28,438 nt of DNA. Source: Trichoplax adhaerens. Lineage: Eukaryota > Animalia > Placozoa. The stretch covers positions 5,066 to 33,503 of the forward strand of contig NW_002060968.1 of NCBI RefSeq assembly GCF_000150275.1, written 5' to 3'. The position numbers and the translations under genes were made by a program. Of this stretch, positions 1 to 11,710 are shown piece by piece (the stretch's first letter is position 1; every line of letters begins with the position of its first letter). Below the pieces are notes generated by a model, which searched no databases, was not told the origin of the DNA, and saw only the letters and a list, made by a program, of their open reading frames with translations.

Positions 1-83
1 ATTATTGAATTGTTGCTAGTCGTTACTTCATGGAAGCAAATATAAAATTGAGCTTGAATTATGAAATATTTTTATTATATTAG

Positions 84-221
84 GGTTGTCAAAGAGTTGA
101 ACATAATCTAGCAGAGGTACTCAGGAAACGAAATTTGGAGCGCTTTTCCGCTTACTCAAGTATAGCCAATGAAATTAGTGAAAATGAAGGAGTGGCAACA
201 ACTCGGCCTTTAAGATTCTAG
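84..221 (+). CDS. Possible terminal coding exon of an unidentified upstream gene
   Basis: T-rich tract + TAG acceptor (82-83), then an open 45-codon frame GCQRVEHNLAEVLRKRNLERFSAYSSIANEISENEGVATTRPLRF* that is more GC-rich than its flanks; AATAAA at 439. No family recognised. Confidence 0.3.
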   Translation, partial: GCQRVEHNLAEVLRKRNLERFSAYSSIANEISENEGVATTRPLRF

Positions 222-1450
222 GATTGGTATGATTAAATAGCATTTGTATAGATAGATTTTATTGCATTACGCGACATTACCATATTGTAGGCGTATGAAA
301 AGATTTTAAATTGAACCTAAGAGCTCTCTACAAGACATTGGTATAGTTACTACATAGTGACTAATATAGTATCAAATCCAATTAGTTTAATCAGTTTGCC
401 TATTATTATTATTGTATTCGGGATATGAGCGCATTTAAAATAAATTACATAACCGAATTTCTTGTCATCATAATGTTTAAAGTTATCTTATGATATATCA
501 ATATTGCTATTTATTGAGTTTATAACCTAGAACATTTATATTTACTTGGATTTACAATTGTGCACCGTTGCAATGAGATAGTATCATTAAAACTTGAAAC
601 CATTTCATATTATTGTACGTGAATAAAATGAATAAAATATTATTATTTTGATGATGTGATAATACTTTTCATTGATATGATATTGTATATACACACATTC
701 ATATATGAAGTTCATATATATATATAACATATACACCAATCTCTTTAAATTGAATAGAAACAATAATTTTTATAGTGTTAATTTCCTTGTAGTTCATTTT
801 TGAGCATTGAATTAAAGCTTGAAGTATAAGGTCATTCACAAAGAATCAAGGATCAAGATTGAATATTTTATCTAGAGTATGCTTGTCATCAACTTATGGT
901 GGGACCGCGCAGCGTATCGGTTACGTTCCCTTAAGTTCTACTATTGTACATTTAACAAAAATTTATCCTTAAGTAGTAAACCGTTTTTTTCGCTACATTT
1001 GAGAGACGGGTTTCAGAGTAGGGATAGGAGACGTATTTTTGACAAGCTCTTCGATCTAATTACTAGATGTGTGTAACGAGTGCAATTGAATATACGTATA
1101 TCATTTCCACTCACAATATTATTCAGCCTATCCGACTATGAAAATAAGCAATTAGACTATCAAATAAGAGGGACTGCAGTATGTCAGTACCAACTGACTA
1201 GCGTACAGAATCAATTAACAAAGTTGTTTTTCACACTAATCTATGTTGATTAAACTAGTTTTATTGAGATTATACAATTTTACGTACATTTTAATTATTA
1301 CCTGTGTACTGGCGAACCTTTTAATAAGTATAAAAGAGCTTAATAATTTATGAGCTAAAGACTATACTGAATTATACATGAAATTGACGTTGGCATTTCT
1401 GCTTTGCATGCTTTAAAGCTCAAAGTTCTGATGAGTTAACTCTTGAGTAG

Positions 1451-1808
1451 TGTAATGATATCTTCTTTAAGTAGCTTAAAGTATTTTAAGGTAGACGATG
1501 ATAGAAGGTATAAAGGATTTTATTGAGATACAAGTTACAGGCTAACAATGATATGGTTGTTATAGATAAGGTATTTGAGATAGCAGGAATATAGGAACTC
1601 ACTAACGAGTTAGCGTACAAGGGTATTTATAGGTTTTAGATGGGATTGAGATAATGTCTTTATATGTATAGCATGTCGTCTATATGTAGTCATGATGTCG
1701 TACATTATGAATGTAATACAATACAGTACTTAAACGGTATATGATAAGTATTCGTATATTAGGATATTACTATACTAGGCATCTTCTATATAAGATCATA
1801 ATGTTACA
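1451..1808 (-). mobile_element. Solo LTR (358 bp) of an LTR retrotransposon
   Basis: Termini TGTAA...TTACA; perfect 5-bp target-site duplication AGTAG (1446-1450, 1809-1813); minus-strand TATAAATA (1624-1631) followed by AATAAA (1519-1524), in U3-R-U5 order. Confidence 0.8.
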
Positions 1809-1913
1809 AGTAGAACGAACAGTAAAGCGGACTGAAGAACCAATACATATCAATTAAACTATTTCTCATTTACTCATATAACTTCAATTACAAATTAATT
1901 CATTATTTTTTAC

Positions 1914-2130
1914 CTGGCTTAAACTAAACCTACCGTCAGGGAGATACGGGAAATTTCGAAATTACGTGCAAACTGCAAAGTTACACAGTATGATCTACAG
2001 CACTACGGTGCAGTACTGTACACTGTACAGTACAGTATTATCGTTATCATACCGATGACGGGCTTTTCGGTACCGTACAGGGCGCTGCCACCACGACACC
2101 ACATTACTTACTGGCTTAAACTAAACCTAC
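1914..2130 (+). mobile_element. 177-bp insertion (GTACA-repeat family) bracketed by a 20-bp direct repeat
   Basis: CTGGCTTAAACTAAACCTAC at 1914-1933 and 2111-2130; the insert has CAGGGAGATACGGGAAATTTCGAA (1937-1960), 23/24 identical to the reverse complement of 11123-11146, and CAGTA/TACTG pentamers. Confidence 0.65.
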
Positions 2131-2271
2131 TAGCAGCATTATTGAAGTACCATTGGAAATGAAATATCACTAGAATCATTCAAAGTTATTAGCTGATATC
2201 AATGCGAAGGTTTATAACTTGGCCATAATAATTTCAAATTTCAATTCCATTCTTGTAACATCTCGCCAAGC

Positions 2272-2413
2272 ATGAAAGCAAGAAAAGCCTACGCCTATTT
2301 ATTCGCTTTAATTTTGAGTATATTGCTCTTACTGAATTTTTGGAGTCATAAAAAAAATCAAGACCATTTTCAGAAGCAAGCTATTCAATCAAAGAATATT
2401 AATCTCAATCTAG
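2272..2413 (+). CDS. FUT8-like gene 1, exon 1 (cytoplasmic tail + TM signal-anchor)
   Basis: MKARKAYAYLFALILSILLLLNFWSHKK...; basic tail followed by a hydrophobic run, as in type II Golgi enzymes; phase-1 donor AG|GTAATG at 2413/2414. Confidence 0.8.
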
Positions 2414-3329
2414 GTAATGTCAGTATGTTAAATTGCGTTTCAGTACATAAGCGGTTGTTGTTGATATTACGTAGCATACTGTCGTAAAGCTTAATTCGAC
2501 TTTATAAATTAATCTTACCTATTGACATGCATTGCCATATAGTATTATCCATCAAGCTATCTACAGTAATAATTTTTAAACTGTATGTGTAGGTTGTGTA
2601 GGCTAATGTAGATGCTTTCGAGTAATGGAAAATTCTATGTTAGTTGGTGGCATTATTTTGGTATAATGCTGTTTGTCGGTAACGTTTACGTTTCTAACTG
2701 AGTGATTAGTTGAATTGGCTTCACTGGAGGATCTGCAAGTTTTACTTCTAGTTTCTAACAATATAGTAAATGCAAGAAGTCTGATATTATATCTCTTGAA
2801 CGTTTAACAACATTTTTTATAGCTATCAAAATGTATTTCAACAGTGCTGTAGACTAGATTACAATATAACATACAGAATATTCCCCTATGAGAAAAGCTA
2901 CGTTTTTAACAAAGATCATCTATGTCTAATAGAAAAGATCTAAATCATACAAACCACCTTAACAACAACATTTATTTGACAATTGCAATCTTAACGATCT
3001 AAATATGTCTGTAAATTCTAATAAATTAAATAAATTGAAAGTTATATGGTAGTACTGAAAAAATAGAGTGAAATAGCTTTAATTACATTTGCATATTTAA
3101 CATTTTATCTTCAATTTTGAACTATAATCAAATAAGGCAATAACTAAACCTAAAGTATTCAGCTTAGAAACTGATTCAGTAAATATGTTAAGTAAAGATA
3201 TCACTTTATATATTTTTCAGTTGAGTTATTTGACATTAATTCTTATTAGTAGTCTAGAACACTTGAACTTAGCGTCGCTTTTAGTATAAAAAGCCTTGTG
3301 AAAAGTATCGATTGATAATTTTATTAATA

Positions 3330-4452
3330 CTAGTGCAAACTCCCGTCGCTTTGCTGACGGTTTACGATAATGTGCTCATTTAACAGAGGTTCAGTAACTA
3401 TCAGATCGCTGACTAACGAACATTATCCTCTTAGAAATACTTTTTGTAATATGATATATAGCAATCAAAAATAACCGGGACAGGGGAACTATAGTAGGGT
3501 AACACTACGAATTGCAAGAGAGCAATAGAACTAAGAGTACCTACTGATGTGTATCAATCACTTTTCAAATTTCGTTAAGTAACTTTCGTATTAGTATGTT
3601 TACCGAATAAGGATGGTTACTATATACAGTATAGAAATCAAAAGTAATTGGGACAGGGGAACTACAGTAGGATAACACTACGAATTGCAAGAGAGCAATA
3701 GAACTAATAGTACCTACTGATGTGTATCAATCACTTCTACCTTCTCAATAATATTTACATAAATCCTAGAGATCATTCATTTCTATACCAATTCAAATTT
3801 CGTTAAGTAACTTTCATATTAGTAATCGGGACAGGGGAACTACAGTAGGATAACACTACGAATTGTAAGAGAGCAATAGAACTAATAGTACCTACTGATG
3901 TGTATCAATCACTTCTACCTTCTCAATAATATTTACATAAACCCTACAGATCATTCATTTCTATACCAATTCAAATTTCGTTAAGTAACTTTCGTATTAG
4001 TATGTTTACTGAATAAGGATGGTTACTATATACGGTATTAATGCTATAGTAACAGTAATATACTATGCTATATTAAGATTAGTTAATGGTCCAGAGCACA
4101 TTACGATAACTAATGTACGGTGATGGACATACCAAGTTAAGATTAGTAGGTACTGTAAGATATCGACAGTGCGGTAGAATGTCCTTCGTACTGTGGTCAA
4201 TTCTATACCAATCATTATAATGTGTCTAAGAATCGCTGTCGTATGCAAGCAAAGCTTGCTCTGTCGATAAAAACCGTTATAAGAAAATGTAACAATCAAA
4301 ATGGCTGTATAGAAAACTCTATAAAGATTCTATGTTTATTCAATTTTCATCAGAATATTACATGAAATCAAAATTGAAAGGCCCAGTGGCCACCCTTAGC
4401 GATATAACGAATACTATTTTAATAATCAGTACTCTGCAGAAATTACTACCTT
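3330..4452 (-). mobile_element. Non-autonomous Helitron-like element, copy 1 (in gene 1 intron 1)
   Basis: Minus-strand 3' end reads hairpin CCGTCAGCAAAGCGACGG, 9 nt, CTAG|T. Colinear with 22231-23217; homology stops at AATTACTACCTT. No clean 5' TC terminus seen. Confidence 0.75.
3470..4050. repeat. Three tandem units inside Helitron copy 1
   Basis: GGGACAGGGGAACTA..GTAG..TAACACTACGAATTG starts at 3477, 3650 and 3828 (periods 173 and 178); only one unit in copy 2 (22498). Confidence 0.9.
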
Positions 4453-4516
4453 AAATTAAACTTTCTATACACATTTTACTTATAAACATACATAAAAATC
4501 AACTTTCATTATCTAG

Positions 4517-4608
4517 CAATGACCGCGAGAGCATTTACCTTAAGTACTGATCTTCGATCAGATCATACCACGAGAAGAGCTATGGCGATCAACTTCAAAG
4601 CTTCCTTG
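4517..4608 (+). CDS. FUT8-like gene 1, exon 2 (stem)
   Basis: Acceptor TTTCATTATCTAG|; open frame (A)MTARAFTLSTDLRSDHTTRRAMAINFKASL; donor TTG|GTAAAA; phases 1/0 join exons 1 and 3 in frame. Confidence 0.75.
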
Positions 4609-4700
4609 GTAAAATTACTTATTAAACAATTTATTATTTTTTATTTACATTCGTTCCACTAAGTTCTAATATTTCATATTACTTCTATTAATATTATTAG

Positions 4701-6068
4701 CAGCAACATAGTTGTAGTAGAAAAATAGAAATGGTGCGAAAGCGTCTCGACTACATACAAAATCCTAATAATTGCTCTATGGCTAATAAAGTCATATGTG
4801 ACATTAAGAGAGGTGGTATGGGCTCAACTGTCCATCATTGGGTATTTTGCTTGATGTACGCTTACTACACGAATCGAACCATGCTGATAGATAAAAGAGT
4901 ATGGGCGTATTATCGAAATGTTACTGGTGTAGATGGTGTCCAACATTTCGAAGATGTATTCCAGCCTATTTCTAAGTGTAAACTTTCCACTGAAGATGCC
5001 AAAAAGGCTATCAAATGGACGAGTCGTATTTATGACAAAGACTTAGCTAAAAATAATTCTGATAAGATTCCACAGATTATAAGATTGCAAAGAGTTGGGT
5101 TGCTATATCAAAATTTTGGTAAAGCACCTGCAATTTGCCGATATGGTATGCCGAGAAAACTATTTTACGATGTTGTTCAATATAAATGTGATCCTGTAGC
5201 TTGGTGGATAGGTGTTCTAGCCCAATACATAATACAACCTAGTAGTGACTTAAAACAATTGATAGATCAATCTCGAAAAGAATTCAAATTTCAATCACCT
5301 ATTGTTGGTCTACATATTAGGCGTTCTGATAAAAAAACGGAGAACGAAATATTCGATATTGATCGATATATGATTAAAGTGAATGCATATTTTAATGGTT
5401 TATCTAAGCGCAAAATCATTATTAAAAGACGAATATTTGTAGTTACTGATGAACCATGGCTTATTGATCGATTAATTACAAAGTATCCACATTATGAATT
5501 TATTCATCCTCCGGAAAAACAATTAACAGCCGATACCAATACTACAAGATATTCTGCAATTAATTTAAGATTTTTTCTTCGCGATTTATACCTGCTAGCC
5601 GAATGTGATCATTTAGTTGTCACAATGTCATCTAACGTGGGTAGACTTGCATACGAATTACATGAAGTTATTTATAGTCAATCTCGAGGTCGACATTTTG
5701 CATCGCTTGATTCAGATTATCATGTTTTCGGATTTGCTGCTAGCGGTGAAGGTCCATGGATTATGCAAGCCAAGAAAGATTGCGCTAGCAATGGGTCTGG
5801 TACTATTGATTTACTCAAGGGAGATTTGTTAGATTCGTGTGTATCCATAAAGGAAAAGAAAAACATAGTCTATGGTTATCTTAAACGTTTAAAAAAGTTC
5901 GGACACTTCCATCAATCATGTCTTTATTACCTTGCAGATAATCAAGACTATCCAGATTATAGCAAATCAGACGGATGGTATCAGCGGCATATACCTGATA
6001 TGAAAAGAATATCTACATTAGGAAATATTTGCATGAAATCGTCGATAACTGACATTGGTGTAATATAA
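4701..6068 (+). CDS. FUT8: Alpha-1,6-fucosyltransferase-like (GT23/FUT8-like) gene 1, catalytic exon 3
   Basis: [15 protein letters not shown], motif [10 protein letters not shown], motif II IFVVTDE, motif [30 protein letters not shown]3-like tail ending YPDY. Model join(2272..2413,4517..4608,4701..6068) = 533 aa. Divergent paralogue; orthology to FUT8 not established. Confidence 0.92.
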   Translation, partial: QQHSCSRKIEMVRKRLDYIQNPNNCSMANKVICDIKRGGMGSTVHHWVFCLMYAYYTNRTMLIDKRVWAYYRNVTGVDGVQHFEDVFQPISKCKLSTEDAKKAIKWTSRIYDKDLAKNNSDKIPQIIRLQRVGLLYQNFGKAPAICRYGMPRKLFYDVVQYKCDPVAWWIGVLAQYIIQPSSDLKQLIDQSRKEFKFQSPIVGLHIRRSDKKTENEIFDIDRYMIKVNAYFNGLSKRKIIIKRRIFVVTDEPWLIDRLITKYPHYEFIHPPEKQLTADTNTTRYSAINLRFFLRDLYLLAECDHLVVTMSSNVGRLAYELHEVIYSQSRGRHFASLDSDYHVFGFAASGEGPWIMQAKKDCASNGSGTIDLLKGDLLDSCVSIKEKKNIVYGYLKRLKKFGHFHQSCLYYLADNQDYPDYSKSDGWYQRHIPDMKRISTLGNICMKSSITDIGVI

Positions 6069-9000
6069 ATTTACTCTATAAAAAGTATCCCATAAGTGAG
6101 ATACTACGTTGGTTAAAATGAGAATTTTTTATAGTCATTTAATAGTTACTTACTGTTCAAGGGGCCATTCCAGTTTTAAACTACATGTGTATTAATTTCT
6201 TTATTTTATAATTATAATTGACCTCATTTGAAAATGCATTAGTGCTGTATATTGTAAACCAGACTTTTTATATTTTAGGTTAGAATTTATGATAATCAGT
6301 ACCATAATTTTTTGTTAAGATACTGTGAGTTTGTAATTCAAGCGATGTACTCGTATTTAGTCAATCGAATAAATATGTGCTAATTTTGATCATTAATTAC
6401 AGTAGAACATAAAAGTTACTTTATAACTATGCTACTTTTTTTGACATTAGCATTGACAGTTGATGTTTTAGCGTGAAGTTGTACGATAACTGTACGATTA
6501 TAGCCAACATTATAGTGCTTTACTGTCATGTTATAAATCTCCTTTCTCTGTAGATAGAAATTGTACNNNNNNNNNNNNNNNNNNNNNNNNNNNNNNNNNN
6601 NNNNNNNNNNNNNNNNACTAAAAGATTTTGTGACTTTCTAGGTATTTTCTATAGTAAATTAAAATAGTTACATACTAAAAGCTATAAAGAACTCTGCTTT
6701 TAGTCCTTTAATACACTATATTTGAACATTTTGCATTATAATTAAATTAATGTAGATGAGCATTTAGAATACATTGTGTTGTTATAGATCACTTATTTAC
6801 GTGACTCTCATCGGTAAAATTTATGCTTTCTGTAGCTTCTACTTCGTATTAAGTTAGGCTATTATAATTAGTAAATAAAATCACTTCCCAGTACACAATT
6901 GCAAATTTCTAGCATAATATCGTATCTTCCATCTTATTATAGAAATTTCAAACCGGTTAAACGTAGAAAGCATGAAATAACTTCAAAGTTATCCGTTAGT
7001 ACCATATTGCAGCTAATAGCAACATTTCGCAATAGGTCATATTTCATCGCAGCGCAGCGAGGATTCTGACGTCTATACAGCGCCTCTAGTACTTACATGT
7101 TTACTGTATTTGAATTCGGCCTTTTGTTAATATGATCATGACTAGCGCTATAGGTGGTATTGTTCTGTATCACTATTTAAGAGAATTTTATGAATAATTG
7201 TCACGATCAAATTAAAGAAAAGCCTAGCCAAGGTGACGAGAATCTAAATATAAGTTGGAAATTTGCATTGAGGCACATAATGCTCATCCATCTGCATTAT
7301 CTACGTTATAACTGATCTTTTCATTCAGTTATTCGTTCCAATATACGCGTAGTCTATTAGAACCAGCCCATGTGGTATATTCCAGAGCAGGGACATAGTC
7401 TGGGCTGTTACCCGGTACCAGTTAGAACACATAGAAATGGTTATGTTTGGCTCTTTATTAATTTAGTGCAGAGGTTCAGAAGTAGCCGGATTTATAAAAT
7501 TAAAAAGTGGGATATTCTGTATCAGTGAGTAATTCCGATTTATTTTTTATGAAATAGTTGGACTAAGCGAATAATTCTAGAGCTTTTGCGTATTTGTTTA
7601 ATTAATCTGTTAACGTTTATAAGTCCATTCGAAGCTATTCGTTAATGGCGATAAATCATGGCTTTTTCATTACTACTTTTTTTCATGTTATGTTAGACAA
7701 TATTCATCTCTATTTCATAATTTAGAGGCTAAAGTCCAGTATACATAGAGATAGAATACTTTTCATTCGAATTTGTATTAGAGTTTTCTAGTAGGTGGGA
7801 TACTGATGCACGTAAGTTTAAGTATTCATGTGTTTCAAATCGAAATTTGTAACGAGGAAAAGTTAAAACTATTATATAAATTATTCTACGAGTCTACCAT
7901 CAGGTTGTTCTCCCTGACATTAACCTACAGTACGACTCTAAATACCGATGATCACCTATCATCAGAAGGAACAGTAACACCACTAATCTCTCTTAGACTT
8001 AACTGAACCCAAACTTTATTGAAAAATTAGTTAAATTATAGTGAATCGATATTAACATAAATTATCAGTTTCTTGATAATAATATAAAACTATACAATTG
8101 TCTATTAAAAATATGTAAAACTTCAAAGATAGCGGTATGTAAATACATTCCTAGAAAGATTATCTTATGAAATCTATGTTACGATAGCTACGTAAAAGTT
8201 ACTCCGTAACAACATGTGATTAAAAGCGCTGCCGCATCTCTGGACAAACAGCACAGTTCTGATATTTGGTCTTCCTGAGACCAAAATTTGCTACATGAAG
8301 CGGCTAGTTTTCATGATAATTAGCTTAAACAAGAGATCATTGCTAGAAGTTCAACTACATTTGATGTAGCATTAGAACCATTTATCGAAAAGTAAAATAA
8401 TGCAATTTATTATCCGTAAAATATGTGAAAAATAATCTGATAATAATTTATTAGGGAATAGACGTAGATTATTTGATTCTGGGTTGAGCGAAGAAACTGC
8501 CTATTTTTTCAAAATTTAGGGATGAAACTCGAACCAGAAATACCTCCTTGAAATGTAGAATTGATAACACTACTTTAAGTAAAGAAGCAGTTCAATTCAA
8601 TAATACTATCCATAATTAACATGCAATTATTATTGATGTCTTATTTCACTAGTTATGATCGACATTTTTCCTACCAACTTCATAGTTACAATAGTTCTAC
8701 GAAGAAACGATATACGAAATAGCAGAACACACAACCAGAACAAGATGATTTCTAGCAGATCGTCAAATACTATACAGAATAATAAAATACTTTATAATCA
8801 TTATTAAAATAGGATGCATAGCATTATTGTGTTTACATACGACAAGAAGCTTTATACTAGTCATAAAGATTATCATATGAGCTTCCTAAAGATTTATTAT
8901 GAAAGGATTGATATGCCAACATCAAACGATGCAATCTCCTATAGAACAACAGGGATTGCAGCTGCCCGAAGGTCTTGCTAAGGGTGTTATGCTATTAAAT

Positions 9001-10272
9001 ACAGGTGTAGTAGCGGGTAGAATATTTTACAAGAGAAGGATCATTTTGACATTATAGGAAGTTAGTCATATTCATTAGATATTGACCAGGTTCGCCTAAT
9101 CTTCTGTAAACATCATAGTACACCAATAAATAGTTTTCTCTCCCTATAATTTATTACTTGACTATTTCGCTATGAAAATAATCATAATTTCTTTCTCAAC
9201 TCTATAGGGCCTTTAATTAATTATTAAATACGTAAGATCAATTTAGTAGACACTAGAATAACAGCTTTTGTTAATAGATATATAATTAATAGCATTAGTT
9301 ACGGTATTGAATATGAAGTTTATTTCTTGGCTTAAAGCTGTTAATTTAGCGTAGAAATAACTGCTAACTACTGATACTGTTAATAACGTTTAATTGAGTT
9401 CGGAGAAGCTGATGGGAACCTCGACTAATGTACTGTATTTTACGTCTAATTAAACTGATATACCGCAATGGGAATCTCTAGTGGCTTAACTTGCGTCCTT
9501 TCATTCGCACTTCGTTTACATTAATGAAAAACCATTGTTAACTTAACTTGCGTTTTTTCCTTAGTACATCTGATCCTACTAAAATCCGATCTCGGCTAAT
9601 GCAAACGTAATAAAAATGTGGAATTAATTCTTTGGGAAGACTGCATAATAATAGATAAAATTATTAATACCAGTTGTTTCTCTGTTAGAGCGAGCATGTT
9701 CGTATTAAACTGCTCGCATTTGTATGATTAAGTAGGTAATCATCTTAATGATGCGATACATATGATATAATTAAAGTATTACAGTCGGATATTACTGAAC
9801 AAATTACAACATTAACAGCCACTTTAGGTACCACCGCAGCGAAGATAATCAAACGGCATCCACACTTTAGCAGTGATCATCCAATCTACTCATATGACAG
9901 CTGTATCTGAACTTTTTACAAATGTTGAAATAAAACTTATCCAGTCTTAATGAAATATTTTGTAGCAAATTAATAATCCGATCCCAATTTTTTATACACT
10001 ATTTCAGATTATTACCGTACTAGCAGTATCAACAAAGCGAAGAGGTAATGCATATTGTTAGTAAAAAAGAATACGTATAATTTTCATTACTAGTTTACAA
10101 AGTGATCCAATCTTATGCATGAAGCTGCTTAAATTTTATTGAAAACTCTCTAAAACAATCTCATTATGTTTGTTTAGAGTATGATAAAGTCATATTCGTA
10201 ACAGTATCGATGATTCATATGTCATATTATAGAAGTCATACAACATGATCATTATTACTATAACTATGGACC

Positions 10273-10302
10273 ACTAAAAGTACCTTCGAAGGTATTTTTA
10301 GT
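10273..10302. repeat. 30-bp near-perfect palindrome
   Basis: ACTAAAAGTACCTTC|GAAGGTATTTTTAGT, one mismatch, no spacer. Confidence 0.85.
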
Positions 10303-10604
10303 AGTTTATGCCATTACAATTTATACAGATACTGTACATTGTATTTTACAGTACGATATAGTAAAATCTCAGTACATTGTACTGTGTCGTATTTCGCATG
10401 TTGGATGGAGCGATTGAGTTTGCTCAGAAGTAGTTCTGTCATCAAAACAAGATGGCTTCCGATGCTTACTTAAAATGGCGATAGGCCACTGGGGAATAAT
10501 AAAATTTCGTTTAAATTTAGGCCATTTAGTCCATTTGAGGATAGTCTAAACTGTAGTGATGATGCATTTTGAAAATCTTAGCAAAGCTGTTTTTCGATAT
10601 GGTC

Positions 10605-11146
10605 TAACGTACAGTATTACAGATGGCTACAGATTGTACCATTATCAGTTCTTCGGTTCCAATCTGTATTACTGCGTACCGTAAGTCTGTACTGAAGTAA
10701 CGCCGGCAGAGTTACACAGTACGTACTGTACAGTATAGTGCAGTACTGTAACGCAGTGTACAGTACTGTACGGTACAGTACGCTGTACTGTACAGTACAG
10801 CACAGTAAGCACAGGGCTTCGGATTCGGAAGCTCGAGAGTGGCAAGAAAGTAAGGAAGTCATTTAGTCGTTTAGCAATTTTGCCCCTATGCTTCTTACTC
10901 TTCTTCTGAAAAGCGTTTCCGCTACAGTACAAATGAGACTTATGTATACAGTACAGTACAGTACAGTACTGTTACATGTCGTTACGTAGTGCATTATTAA
11001 TAACGGGGGATATGCATGGTTAGTTACACAGTCTGTGCAGTACAGTACAGTACACTGAGTACAGTATAGTGTACAGTACTACAGGACCACTTTCTGTTGG
11101 TACAGTACGTTGGTACCATAAATTCGAAATTTCCCGCATCTCCCTG
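10605..11146 (-). repeat. GTACA/TACTG pentamer-rich interspersed repeat (probable transposon relic)
   Basis: Clusters of (CAGTA)n at ~10715-10805, ~10945-10970 and ~11035-11110; 24-nt end motif (11123-11146) shared in opposite orientation with 1937-1960. Left boundary uncertain. Confidence 0.65.
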
Positions 11147-11404
11147 CAATTGGAATCCAATGATACCATTTGATTGTGAAATGACTGTTAACTGAATTGT
11201 ATTCAAGCTTGATTTCACTTATAAGATTACTATATGCTGTTACAACATTTGATACCATATTTATATTGCTAACTACATAAAATAACCAACATCAAGATAT
11301 CGCAATAGCCACTACTTCTTTTCTTGGCTGGAATAAATGTTATCCTATCACTATGAAATGAACATCTCATTGGATAAAATATAATTTAAAAGTTCTCATC
11401 CACC

Positions 11405-11558
11405 ATGCGATTAAGAAGTGTCTTTGCTTATGGGTTCACTTTGATTACGTTCATATCCTTGCTGATTATCCAGCCTTATCTATTAATATGTCTCCAATAT
11501 AAGCTAAAACATATCCCAATTCAAGACACTGAATTGAAGAAAATCAAACCAAATTCTG
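11405..11558 (+). CDS. FUT8-like gene 2, exon 1 (tail + TM)
   Basis: CCACCATG start; MRLRSVFAYGFTLITFISLLIIQPYLLICLQYKLKHIPIQDTELKKIKPNS; phase-1 donor TCTG|GTACTA, homologous to the end of gene 3 exon 1. Confidence 0.85.
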
Positions 11559-11710
11559 GTACTACACATTGATATAATTAGACTGATCTACGTTGAAGCA
11601 TATAATTATTCCGATTTATGAGTTTATAGATAAAGTGTTAGAATTTAGAGACTTAGATAAGAAAATAATTATCTGCTTAATTCTTTATTTTAAATTTTAT
11701 TGCATATTAG

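Noticed and set aside
2414-2487. Full-length 71-aa ORF at 2272 and 78-aa ORF at 11593 as standalone proteins
   Set aside because: Better explained as exons reading through into introns.
3470-4050. Repeat array as a CRISPR
   Set aside because: Long units without unique spacers, no cas genes, spliceosomal context.
4063-4299. ORFs inside the Helitron-like copies (also 22304-22489, 22837-23031)
   Set aside because: The frames differ between near-identical copies, and there are no Rep or helicase motifs.
5617-5832. Alternative-frame or antisense ORFs within the FUT8-like exons (also 12917-13123, 19091-19300)
   Set aside because: Short shadows of the real frame, not conserved across paralogues.
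7076-7093. CAGCGCCTCTAGT as a CTCF-like site
   Set aside because: Single imperfect short match with no supporting context.
10617-11218. Minus-strand ORFs of 81, 87 and 64 aa
   Set aside because: Their YSTVQ/CTVL periodicity is just the translated GTACA pentamer repeat.
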